Of a stretch of 64,000 nt of DNA, positions 1 through 11,359 are shown in pieces. The stretch lies in assembly GCA_964188305.1 (NCBI GenBank), contig OZ076885.1; one strand, given 5' to 3'. The first letter of the stretch is position 1. Each line of letters opens with the position of its first letter. The DNA is from Podarcis bocagei (taxonomy: Eukaryota). Both the position numbers and the translations under genes were made by a program. Under the pieces are notes generated by a model. The model was given only the letters and a program-made list of their open reading frames with translations. It was not told the DNA's origin and ran no database searches.

Positions 1-97
1 ATCTGAGATCCCTGCAGAAGCCCCCCCAAGTGCCTCAGAAAGTAACCCCACCACGCCCACCTCTGCCAAACCAACAGTTTGGAGTTTCTCTCCAGCA
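1..97 (+). CDS. ARHGAP1: ARHGAP1 coding exon (partial)
   Basis: [31 protein letters not shown]; donor CA|GTGAGT. Confidence 0.92.
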
Positions 98-2888
98 GTG
101 AGTATCCTCATCTTTTTTCTATTCTTGGTGGACCAGTGATACCTATAGTCTATCTGTGGGTAGTTCTGGAAATGCTTTCCAATCATCTTGAATCGGCACC
201 TGTGGTTAGCTTGACTTTTGCCAGCCTTGAGCTTTCTAGATCAGGGCCAGTGATACACTGGATATTATGTCTGATTCAAAGATGTTTCTTTGTGGGAAGT
301 GACAGGAAGAGTCTAAGCTTCTACTTTCTCAACAGCTTACGGGAGAAGAGCTTGGATCAGAATCCCATTCCACTTGTGGTAAGGGAGACCATTGCCTATC
401 TGCAGCAGCATGGTGAGTGAGCTAGGAAGACCCCTCTTCTGACTTGTCTTGTTGCTACATCCACTGTCCTTTGTCTCCCAACAGCACCCTTCTGTTGCAT
501 CAGCCTAGCCTTTTTAAGATGCCTTAGCACAGACTCATTCTTTTTTCACTGCCCATCTTACTATCTTTCTTGTCATTTGATTCTGGTCTTCAGAAAGACA
601 CAGCAAAATTGAACACTAGGGAGCTGAGGGATTCTACTAACCTAATTCCCCAAGTGCCTTCTGCATAGCTGTTCCCATGCAAGTGTCCCTGTGCATGTGG
701 CTTTCAGGATGTCCTTGTCCTGTGATATTGGAAAGACTTGCTGTTATGTGTGGTAGGTCTTCCCTGAGACTGTGCTCTTCTGTTTCTCTTTGTCCCCAGC
801 TCTTAACACAGAGGGGATTTTCCGACGATCAGCAAACACCCAGACAGTCAGAGAAGTTCAGCAGAAATATAATATGGGTAAGTGCCTGCATTAGGTTCCA
901 GAAGTCTGCTTAAGCTACTCCACTGCCCCTTACCACCATTCTTTTTGTCTAGGCCCCAAATCTGCCCTTAGCACTTTGGACTTGTGCCCTCCCACAACGT
1001 GCTTTAACTTCTGAATAGATCTCTGTTTGAAACTTGGCTGGAATCCAAGGAGTTTATTCCTTTTGACATAAACCTATTCCAGTCTAAATCTATACCCCCT
1101 GGATAAAGGAGGTGCTTAACCTTCCACAGCAATTATGTTTGATCAATGTATAATGTGTTTCCTCTGTTTCATCCTCTGGGGTGTGTGTGTCTCCATTTCC
1201 CTAATATTTGCTGGAATCCTGTTGCTGGTATTTTTGAAGCAATTCTTCCAATGCTCCTAATGATTGCTGCTTTGGAGGAGGATTGAGTACCACTGATCTT
1301 TTTTTTTTTTTGACAGTGTGTTTACCTGCTCCTGCCATGCATCTGCCTCTAGTTCCCAGTCTTTGGATAAGTTCCTTATTCTGCCAGGTGGAGGGGGTTC
1401 AGCCCTGGTGCTCTAGTTATGGCTTTGAACCTATCCACTTTCTTACCAGGGCTGCCTGTGGACTTTGTGCAATATGAGGACGTGCACCTGCCAGCTGTGA
1501 TTCTCAAGACCTTCTTGCGGGAGCTGCCTGAGCCTCTCCTCACCTATGGTCTCTACAATGACGTCGTCAATTTCTACAGTGAGTTGCTACCAAGAGTGTC
1601 CTGATCCCAAAGCAGAAAACTCCTCTAAATATGCTCTACCCAGAGTTGTGCTGTACTCTCACAGCAGATTGGCTGTATTACGCTTCCCAGGGCAGCATAG
1701 TAAAAGTCCTAATTCTAGTACAGTCATACCTTGGAAGTTGAACGGAATCCATTCCAGAAGTCTGTTCAACTTCCAAGCTCCTGCAGCCAATTGGAAGCTG
1801 CGGAAGCCCCATCGGATGTTCGGGTTCCAAAGAACATTCACAAACCGGAACACTCGCTTCCGGGTTTGCGGCGTTCAGGAGTCAAAACGTTTGACTTGCA
1901 AGGCGTTTGGGATCCAAGGTATGACTTTTTGAGGGCTTTTCATCTGCAATCCACCTCTCCACATGAAAGCTAGGACTTTGCTTGCTGGTATAAATGTCCC
2001 ACTTGCTTTCCTTTCCAGGTGTAGAGGAAGAAAAGCGTGTAGATATTGTTCGCAAAACCCTCCAGAGTCTCCCGGAAGAAAATTACCAAGTTCTGTGTTC
2101 ACTGATGTCCTTCCTTGTGCAGGTGAGCTGTCCCAAAGCATTTCTTTGCACAGCATGTATGCAGCATCTGAAATTTGCTGCCACAATATACGATTATAGG
2201 AATGGGCTTAAATGGCTTTCAGGGTGAATTAGGCTTTTCTCTCTTGTGAATTTGCGAACTATAGTAACTAAATGGTGCGTGTGTGTTCAGAAGCAGAGTA
2301 CATCTGGATACTTGATGATGGGGACAGCCAATGGGGTGGGGTTGTTGCTGTTACACCCCGCAAAAGGCTATGATTTACAACATCTGTTTTGCCATTTAAG
2401 TAATCTGTTAATGCTTCTCTCTGAAAGCTTGAAGCCTAAATGATTAAAGGAGGAGTTGATGCAAAGTAGGTTTTATTTCCATTAATCAATAGAAGAAAAG
2501 AGTTCCAGGCTAAAATTTCCAGCCAGTGAAGGAGCAAGAATTATTGCAGCCACATTTTAGTGTCTCGTCTGCAAGTTATCTCTTCATGCATGCTTTCCAT
2601 TGGCTGTTCCTTTGTTTATAAGCTAGAGGCTTCTAGAGGCAGATGGTGAGGAACTAGGGAATATATTTGTCTCTAAAGTGAAGTATTTTCTTCCTCCCTC
2701 CTACGTAGGTCTCTGCTAACAGCGACATCAACAAGATGACCAACACTAACCTGGCCGTCGTTTTTGGCCCAAACCTGCTGTGGGCCAAAGATGCAGCCAT
2801 TACCCTCAAAGCCATTAATCCTATCAATACGTTCAGCAAATTCCTACTGGACAACCAGAGGGAGCTTTTCCAGAGCTTGGAGGCTTGA
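1..2888 (+). CDS. ARHGAP1: Rho GTPase-activating protein 1 (p50RhoGAP/Cdc42GAP), 3' part: RhoGAP domain, 6 exons, 5'-truncated by window
   Basis: Exons 1-97, 336-412, 800-877, 1450-1578, 2019-2122, 2709-2888, all GT-AG with matching phases. Spliced product ...[21 protein letters not shown]...[15 protein letters not shown]...[15 protein letters not shown]...[35 protein letters not shown]...* matches ARHGAP1 as recalled; arginine finger GIFRR intact; synteny with ATG13. Confidence 0.96.
336..412 (+). CDS. ARHGAP1: ARHGAP1 coding exon
   Basis: [25 protein letters not shown]; ttctcaacag| and |gtgagt. Confidence 0.93.
800..877 (+). CDS. ARHGAP1: ARHGAP1 coding exon (arginine finger)
   Basis: [25 protein letters not shown]; ccccag| and |gtaagt. 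Confidence 0.95.
1450..1578 (+). CDS. ARHGAP1: ARHGAP1 coding exon
   Basis: [42 protein letters not shown]; |gtgagt. Confidence 0.95.
1721..1927. mobile_element. Tc1/mariner (Tigger/pogo-like) MITE in ARHGAP1 intron
   Basis: TA|CAGTCATACCTTGG ... CCAAGGTATGACT terminal inverted repeats; right TA flank degraded. Confidence 0.75.
2019..2122 (+). CDS. ARHGAP1: ARHGAP1 coding exon
   Basis: [34 protein letters not shown]; |gtgagc. Confidence 0.94.
2709..2888 (+). CDS. ARHGAP1: ARHGAP1 terminal coding exon
   Basis: [59 protein letters not shown]; TGA 2886-2888. Confidence 0.95.
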   Translation, partial: VSANSDINKMTNTNLAVVFGPNLLWAKDAAITLKAINPINTFSKFLLDNQRELFQSLEA

Positions 2889-3087
2889 TTGAGAGCCTCT
2901 TTGTGCTGACACACCATGTGTCCACTGTGACCACTTCCTTCCTTCCTTCTTCCCTCCCCCTCCCCTTTTCCTTTCTACTTTATCTTGGAACCGTGGCCAA
3001 GCTTAGAAAAGCATAAGGTGATGAGTGGAGTGAAAGAGGAGCAGGAGATGGTATTGAGAGTGTGTGTGTGTGAACATGTGCATGAAA

Positions 3088-3091
<4 letters not shown>

Positions 3092-3135
<44 letters not shown>
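3092..3135. repeat. (GA)n microsatellite in ARHGAP1 3'UTR
   Basis: About 22 uninterrupted GA units, preceded by a short (TG)n. Confidence 0.95.
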
Positions 3136-3138
<3 letters not shown>

Positions 3139-6023
3139 GGTGGTCAAGTGGGCTGGGAAGCTGGCCTCTCCATCTCTAGAAGTGGAGTGTCCAGATTACT
3201 CTTAATTCCTTCAAGTAGCTCTTCTTGTACCCCAGCAGAATCCCTACCTCTTGGTGCCTGTGTGATCTGGACTAATACGTGTTGCTGCAGTGGCCCTTTG
3301 GCTGAGAGGAATCTATTTCTACTTCTCTTCTTTGGCTCATATTAGTTCTCCACATGCACCCAAGTCAGTTCTGAGCATTCCCATTTTTACTGAACACAAC
3401 CAGCTTGCTACCCTTGATGGAAAAGCTGACCCCCTAAGCCCTATGGAAAACATGGGGTATAAAAGAAGATTGCTTTGTCCTGGAAGTGCCCATGTTTATG
3501 AATAGAGAGCTATTTGTACATTTCAAGGAACTCTAGCACTTGTGGTAGGTGCTGTTACAATTTCCCTGCCATGATTTAAAGGTTAGTGCCCTCAGATATT
3601 GTGGAGCCCACTCTATCTTTTTGTAATGCCCTTCTGAAGAGAGTGTCTCTGCGAAACTGGCCTTGCCATTAAGGTTTTCCATTTGGGGGGGGGGATAGTG
3701 ATTTGTGTGTGTTTTGCTCTCCTCCCTGCCAGACGGTAGGAGTCATGCAGGGGGTGTCTGCTGTGGTGGTATTAGCTCTTCAAAATGCCAAAGGCCAGAT
3801 TAAAACACTGCCCATTCCTGTAACTGAAGCACAGACATCCGTGCCTCTGGTTGCTGCTGCCTTACCATTGTGATGAGAGCATACTCAAGCAAATGACAGA
3901 TCACTGAGGCCAAACTCAAGAACCTTATGCAGAAACCTCCTTGCCCCAATCTACTGGGCAATCTTGTGCCAAAATTAGGGGAAGGCGAGTTTTCTCATTG
4001 AAGGACCACTGCCATTGTGTCCTTGTTGAGCTGAAATATAGTTGTTTTACAAATACCAGAATGGCTCTGATGGACCCTTGGTTTCCTTGGCACATGGAGA
4101 TAGGAAGCATTGCTGCTCTTTTCTCTGACCTGAGAAAGGTTATACAGCCATGCAGTATGGTTATTCCATAGATTCTTGCCTATGTGAGTTGTTCCCCCTT
4201 TCAGATCAGAAAGCTGAGTTATTCTAAACTCTAAACTAGGCTAAGCCATTGGCCCAAGCACAATAAGTTTTAAGCCAAATGTTTTCTCTCAAAAATAGCA
4301 GTTTTCTGCTGGGCCTATAGAAGCTTTTGCTTTTTAATAGTGTTGTAAAAGTGCATTTTCACAATGTATTACTGCCAACTGTCGTAAGGCTATTTTGTCC
4401 ACACCCAACCCATTAGTTGGCCCTGTAAAATGGCAAGCTTGGAGTTCACAGGATTAGAGATGTTGGGGGTACTTTTCTCCGCCTTCCCAGAACCTGTGGC
4501 TTTCTGTCACAAGACAGTTAGAGGGAAGCTGGCAAGGTGAGTTTTGTAAATGCACAATAGGCTACTGTTTAAAATTGAATAAAAGAAGGACTGTGCTATG
4601 GTTTAAAATTGACAAAGTGAGCACTAAAATCTGCATGTGAATTATCAGTGCCCGTAGCCCAGCCAGATCCTGTGAACTGGATTCCACATCTGTCACAGAT
4701 GGCTGGAAATGGTGAACTGAAGTGCTTGACACTATTATGAGGAGCTGACGAATGTGTTGGTCAGAGTTCATCATCCTACGTAAGTTACAGGATCAGTCAG
4801 CATATAGGAAGTGTTCAGTCTGATAACATATAAACTTAGTTAGAATTTTGGAACAACACAGCAGTTGGGAACATTGATTTTTCTGTTTAGCTGAGACATG
4901 GAGAGGCTTTCACCAATAACACTAACAAGTGAACGGCTATGGGAGGAGCAAGAGCCTTTTGCCTTCTAGTATCTCTTGTATAGAATAGTTTAGCATGGTT
5001 AACTTGCTCACTCCTGTTCAAAGTTCCCAGGTTGGAAGGAGAAGCAGCTGGTTTCCATGGGAATCACTGCCTCGGAAATGGAAGGCCCAGGCACTTTAGG
5101 ACACAAGGCTGCAGGTTCAGCCACTGCACTGTAACATTAATTCCTCATCTTCTTTTAGGATTAGGAGCAAGATCAGGCAGGAGGGAGAAAGTGCTGTCAT
5201 AGCTGCCCAGTAACACTTTTATGAAGTCCACAGATTCCCAATTTGTGTGCATGTGTGATTTTCCCCACCCCCAAACACATTGCAAATCTTTGTATTGCTA
5301 GCTACTGCACACAGTTAAAAGTGCACTCACAAAGCCCTGCAAGTAAGCCAGTGTAAAATAGCTCTGTTGCTTTCCCTACTTTGTGGGAGCTTCCAGGACA
5401 CCTGGAGTACATACATGGCAGCAATGTCTGCTTTGCCTCATTGCCCTCTCCCCTCACAATTTTTTTCCCATTTTCAAATCTCTTACCATTGTGGGCGATT
5501 GGTGGAGCTGCATGCTAGGCCTGACTGCACCCTACGAATTAAGTTTGCATCTTTGGCCAGTTAACTCCGAACTTCCTTCCCCTTCCCTTTTTTTGATTGC
5601 TGCCATGTGTGCTGTCTGAATTAGGATGGTAGGCATCCAAGCAAGTGGTTGGAATTACTAGAAGACCAGCATCTCAAAGGGCCAAATATGTCCTTCCATG
5701 CTCCTCTTGTAATAGAGGCCAAGAGCTGGTTAGATCGCCATGGCTGCACATTGTTTTCTGTCCTCCTGCAAACTTCCAGTGCTACAGCTGCTTGGCTGCC
5801 CCCTTGTCATGTAGCTTCCATGTTAGATATTGGCCACGGTGCTTTTGTGGGTGGAGCGCTCCATCTCTATTGTATCCTTTGCTTGCCTAATAAAGCCCAT
5901 CAGTGTCTTGGTACCCCCTGAATACACTCTGTGCTCTCACCTCTAGCAGTCAGTCGTGTATCTGTAGTGAGAACAGCTTATGGGTGGTGCTGCTTATGCT
6001 GAAGCTAATTGGATGCCTTGTGG

Positions 6024-6158
6024 TAGGAGTGGGAAACCTGTGGTCCTCCAGATGTTGGACTCCAGTGCCCATTAGCCATAGCCAGCCTGGCCAGTTTTCA
6101 AGGATGATGGGAATTGTGATCCAGCAACATCTGGAAGGCCACTGGTTTTCCACCTTTG
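6024..6158. mobile_element. Old hAT-like MITE (related copies at ~11429-11558, ~53270-53406, ~53490-53628, ~57264-57391)
   Basis: Shared palindromic core ctccagatgtt...aacatctggagg and degenerate cagggg...cccctg ends in five places. Confidence 0.65.
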
Positions 6159-6428
6159 CCTTATGGTAAGTCTCTTTGCTGACTCAGCAGAGGTCTTTGA
6201 TGGCCAAGTGACCCCGGTTGTGTGTTCTCCACCAGGGTCTGTATGCAGAGTTTACAGCTTTGCTTTTTGTTGCTGTTATCTTGCATTTTTGTTCTCATTG
6301 ATGTTTATTGGGAGCAGGGCTGGGGTTTTTTATTTTTATTTTTACTGTGACATTAATTTACACACCCATGTTTATTTCCTTCTAATGGTACCAATCTTGT
6401 ATTTCACAGTTTGCACTTTTTGTACTTC

Positions 6429-6434
6429 AATAAA
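6429..6434 (+). terminator. Likely ARHGAP1 polyadenylation signal
   Basis: AATAAA with upstream TGTA elements and a downstream GT/T-rich tract (cagttttggtgtttttc). Confidence 0.7.
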
Positions 6435-7988
6435 AACCCAAAGCCAATACCAGTTTTGGTGTTTTTCTTCAATGTGCTGTTCTAGAATCAGTCAACAAGA
6501 GACTGGTTAGTATCATCCACCTGGTGCCTATACATCAACAGAGTATGTGGTGAAATGCAAATCTAATCCCCTTCAGGGAGGTTATTTGTTCATCCTTGAG
6601 CTCATCCTTTGCCCAGTGTAGCATTGTCTGGTAGGTGTAAATGGATCATGGGACTTTTCCACCTTTTATTCAGGCTGTACTTTGTTACATTACTTGCTTC
6701 ATAGCTGTCTGTGCTATATACAGTAAACCTGCAACTTGTGCTTGTTTTACTTGTGCAATCACCTTATGCAGATGAGGAGTAAATAGAGAGCTGGGGAAAC
6801 CCTACCCTGTGCATATTTATCCCGCACCCCACACACTCAGCGGGGTATTCCTTGTTTAGTGGGCTTGGGGAAGGGAGTGCATAATCTTGACTTTGAGTGT
6901 AGACCCCTGGAACTGAACCCTCACGTGGGCCCACTGTATTTAATATAGTATATTCATCTTCCAACATAACTAGCACCAAGTTCCTAGTTTTAAGGTTTAT
7001 TCAGCTTAAGTTCACCAACCTGAACTCCTAGCTGATCATTTCCCAGGCAATCATGTTCCCCTAAGTGAAAGCTGGTGAACATCAATCTTTGCTAGATAAT
7101 GGGTATGACAGATGTTTTCCCCTGTGTGAAGGGAGGATGTGCCCCTGCCTTTGACCCCCCCTTTTTTACTGGCTTTTGGTTTAAGAATGACACTACCACC
7201 AACTTCTGTGTTGGTAACCTCAAGGCTGGATCATTCCAATGAACTTTCTGTGGCTAGCCCTTGGGCCTGATGCAGAACCTCCAGCTGGTGCAGATTGTGG
7301 TAGTTAGACTGATGGGGAAACATGGCTGACAACACTAATTAAAACATCTACACGGGTTGCCTGTGAATACAAGGATGTTGAACTTGGCTTGGTAGTTAAT
7401 TTACAAACACTAAACAACTTGGGCCTGAGGTTCCTTTGGGACCATCTGAACCAGCTCAACTACTGAGTGCCTCTGTAGGCACATTGCTGGTCATCCCCTG
7501 GTATGGCTTATTTCACACTAACAAGAAACCAAGTCTTTCATGCCATTGGCCCAATCCTGTGGCATACTCTTCCACTGGAGATTGAATAGGCATATTCAAT
7601 ATTCACCTTCAAAACATTTTGATGGCATCAGACATATGCATAATAAGAAAAACATTGTCTGGAATATAGGTAAGTTGATGACCTGTGATTTTAAATGTTT
7701 TTTTTTTTTGTGTGTGTATAGTATTGCTGTAAACCACGTTGATTTAAAAAAAAAATTGCAGTATACAAGTTTCAGTAACTAAAGTAGTTGAAGAGTTAGC
7801 ATTTTCCAGCAGCTCGACCACTTATCTCTTTGAAATAAGACTTTTCACTAGGCCTCTGGCTGACAGCTGAAGTTATTGGAAAGTATATGAATACATGTTG
7901 AAGTAACTCTTGAAAATTAGTTCTAAAGAAATATAATTGAGGACCCTTCTCCTTTTAACCAAAACACTTGTAAATTATTAGCTATGTA

Positions 7989-8216
7989 CAGTGGTACCTT
8001 GGGTTACAGACGCTTGAGGTTACAGACTCCGCTAAGCCAGAAATAGTACCTTGGGTTAAGAAGTTTGCTTCAGGATGAGAACAGAAATCGCGCGGCGGTG
8101 GTGCGGCAGCAGCAGCGGGAGGCCCCATTAGCTAAAGTGGTATCTCAAGTTAAGAACAGTTTCGGGTTAAGAACGGACCTCCAGAAAGAATTAAGTTCTT
8201 AACCCGAGTTCCACTG
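7989..8216. mobile_element. Tc1/mariner-type MITE family A, copy 1
   Basis: TA|CAGTGGTACC...CCACTG|TA; body shared with copies at 8810, 51001, 52396, 55293. Confidence 0.9.
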
Positions 8217-8809
8217 TATTCTCATTTACTGCAATAAAGTACCACATAAGGAGCAGTAAGATACCTTTCTTTGAAAGTCTGAAAAAAACTGGATCCCTGT
8301 TCTACATTAGTAAATTAATATCTTGATCAGGTCTAACTAAGGAATAATGTACTCTTAAACTGAACCAAGTAGCAAGACTTGGAAAACCACAAAGAAAGCA
8401 GTATAAAAAACCCAGCAGCGCTGCATATTCTGTGCATAGAGGCACATCTGTATTTATTAGGCCCTTCCATGGCAGTTCTGTGCAGACATATATTGGTCTG
8501 AAGTAACTGGGACAGGCAGCAACTGGCTAACTTCCTTTAACTATTGCAGCATCTTGGCGTGAAGAGGAGAAACTATACAGGCATTGCCATCATATGGAGA
8601 AACTTCAGGGGGAAGCTGCAAAAAATAGTTATGAGTGATCTAGTAATTATAATTTGGCTGGTGGGGAGGCAAATGTCACTTGATCATTGCAGCGGGATCA
8701 GCCACTCTGCAAGTAACTAACCAGAGAGCAGGCAGATGTTCCCGTAACAGATTCTCTTGTCAGTGCACTAAAGCCAACTTATGTAGACAAGATTATCTCC
8801 ATAGCAGTA

Positions 8810-9055
8810 CAGTGGTACCATACTTTGAGCTACAAACGCCTCAGGTTATAAATGATTCAGGTTACAAACTCCGCTAACATGGAAGGGTTACCTCGAGTTG
8901 AGAACTTTGCCCCAGGATGAGAACGGAAACTGTGTGCTGGCAGCGCAGCGGCAGCAAGAGGCACCATTAGCGAAAGCACGCCTCTAGTTAAGAACAGTTT
9001 CAGGTTAAGAACGGACCTCTGGAACAAATTAAGTTTGTAACTAGAGGTGCCACTG
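8810..9055. mobile_element. Tc1/mariner-type MITE family A, copy 2
   Basis: TA|CAGTGGTACC...GTGCCACTG|TA. Confidence 0.9.
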
Positions 9056-9714
9056 TACTATCATCATCAGCTGGTCTTGGGAAAACCATTGGTCACCTTG
9101 TAGGTCATTATAGGAATATAATTTCATTGTGCTATATTCCAGTATGACTAGAAGGATAAAGAATTCCCAAAGCACCTAACAAACCACAGAAGGCCCTGGA
9201 TCAGACATTATACAGTTTGTGGCATTTTGCAAGAGACTTTTAGGGGTAGTTTTGATATTGATATTACTTCTGCCAAAGACAACTACCCAGAAGCACTTTT
9301 GGCCAGAGACTGGGGTTAGATCATGTATTTTCATGGACCAGTGTCATGCAAAGGCATTGCCAGTAGCTACTTTGAATACAAACTGAAATGCCATATTTGA
9401 GCACATAAATAAACTCACAATTTTGAGAGTTAGTAATGCAAAACAGCAACATGCTTGAAGGCAAGAAATTGGAGCTTCAGCTCATTTCTGTCCAGCAGTA
9501 GGGGTGAGAAACCTAGAGAGGTTACATGGTTAGATGATGGCTGTTGCCTAAAACAAACAAACCCCCTTCATCAACAAGAAATGGAACCATATACTTCAGG
9601 AAGTTAACATCTCATTACTTTAATCAGGAAACCATAAATGGTCCTTCATGTCCGCAGTCATAAGAAATAGTTTATAAGAGAACAGGTTGCAGGGAATGGT
9701 CTTCGGCATTTTAC

Positions 9715-9803
9715 AGTACAATCCTAAGCACATTTCCTCAGAATTAACTTCCACAGAGTTTAATGGGATTTACTCGCAAGAAAGTTTGCACAGGATTGCA
9801 GTC
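9715..9803. repeat. Short (~90 bp) palindromic interspersed repeat (related copies ~41860-41935, ~42645-42730, ~43125-43215, ~46880-46960)
   Basis: caatccta...tcagaa...aatgggatttactc...aggattgca pattern recurs; family not identified. Confidence 0.5.
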
Positions 9804-10157
9804 TCAGCTTGGTTTCTAATGAAAAGGAAGAAATAAGTTGTGCCCAGAGTCTAACTTATCCCTGAGCTGATGCTTAGTGTTGTTTTTCCTTCCCCATATT
9901 TGGTGAAGAACAGAGCAGGCAGATCAAACACATAGCAATGTCAGCCAATCACACTGCTTAATGGCTAAGTCATTAGAAAAATAAACTTTTAGCCAATCAA
10001 AACCCCATCAATTAAAATAAGTACCACAAACGTCTTTAAAATGTGCTTGTCTGAAAAAGCTACTTTCTAACTAAGTGCAGACCACAGCGAATGTATAAGC
10101 CTGTCAGAGACAATCATTTTAGAAACTTTCTACCAGTGCACTGCATCAACGTGCATT

Positions 10158-10163
10158 TTTATT
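10158..10163 (-). terminator. Candidate ATG13 polyadenylation signal
   Basis: AATAAA on the minus strand ~1.1 kb past the stop, after an AU-rich block at ~10370-10430; more distal AATAAA at 8453-8458 also possible. Confidence 0.5.
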
Positions 10164-11281
10164 TATGACATCCACAGACCCAACAGGGCAGAATGGAAAT
10201 CGAGTCACCAGAAGAGATCACTTTGAAAGCATAACCATGTCTGTTTCTGAAAATAAGTATTATAGTTTACCCTGCAAACGGGAGTGGGGGAAATGACAGC
10301 TGTTTGGAACAACATACTTGCAGTGACAAAGGACAAAGCAGCCTATATGGCTACTTTACAAAGTGAAAGCATCCACATACATTTTTTTTAAATATAGGTT
10401 TCCTTTAGAGTAATAAATATTTCTTATTTTATGATAGAGCAGCAACATTTGAGGGGAATAGAGGAAAGAACTTTGGACTAAAGACCCCCCCCCCAAATTA
10501 AATAACCCTAGAGAATTAGGATTCCTAATTCATATTTACAACTGCTGACTGTAAACACAGCCTACAAACTCTGGATCTTCTCCAAATGCCACAGACCATG
10601 CTTGTGGTCTTGGGGAGGCAATATATTGACACACACCGTGTTGGCAGGTAATATACAAAAAACAATTCTTTTAGCGTCTGTGGCTTACTTTGAAACTGCA
10701 CTAGACAATCAGGTCAGGCCCCTCAATTCTTATTTCCACACAGATGTGCTACATTATGTTTGCTTTGTTTAGGGCACCACTGGTGAAAAACGGCCCCTTG
10801 CCCTTATGCTTTAGCTGCACTTGCTGAAGGCAAGCCGGTGTTTGAACCACGCTAGCAGAATCTACAGTGCTCACAAGACAGTTACATTTCGTCAGAGTTA
10901 TTTCTGCTTGGCGTTACTGCAGATGCAGGGAAAAAGACTGTCCCCAGGAAACCAGACTGTAGAGCCCTGTTGAGGGAGGAAGAAGCATCAGTGTCTCTCA
11001 ACACATGAGAAAATGGAAGAAGAACGGGCCTTGATCTTGTTTCCTAATGCACTGTATTCAATACGAACCTCACACGGGTAGAAAAGCAAGTCACACCCTT
11101 CCCAAGGACTAGTTCAAAGAGATACAGACCACTGTTTCTGCACCTGACAGAGCAAAGCAATAGTGCCTACGAAATTGGGGGACGGGGACAGAACAAGACA
11201 CTAAGGGAAGAAAGGCAGAATGCATGGGCTTCCTTTTCCAGGGTGTCTAAAAAGTTCAATGCTGCTGTAGAATAAGCCGTT

Positions 11282-11359
11282 TTACTGTAAGGTCTCTACA
11301 AAGGCATCAAATTCTTTGACATTTTTCTCATGGACAGCCAGTTTATCTGGTAGAGAATC
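11282..11359 (-). CDS. ATG13: ATG13 terminal coding exon (ULK1-binding tail)
   Basis: [25 protein letters not shown]. Confidence 0.95.
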   Translation of the reverse strand, partial: DSLPDKLAVHEKNVKEFDAFVETLQ

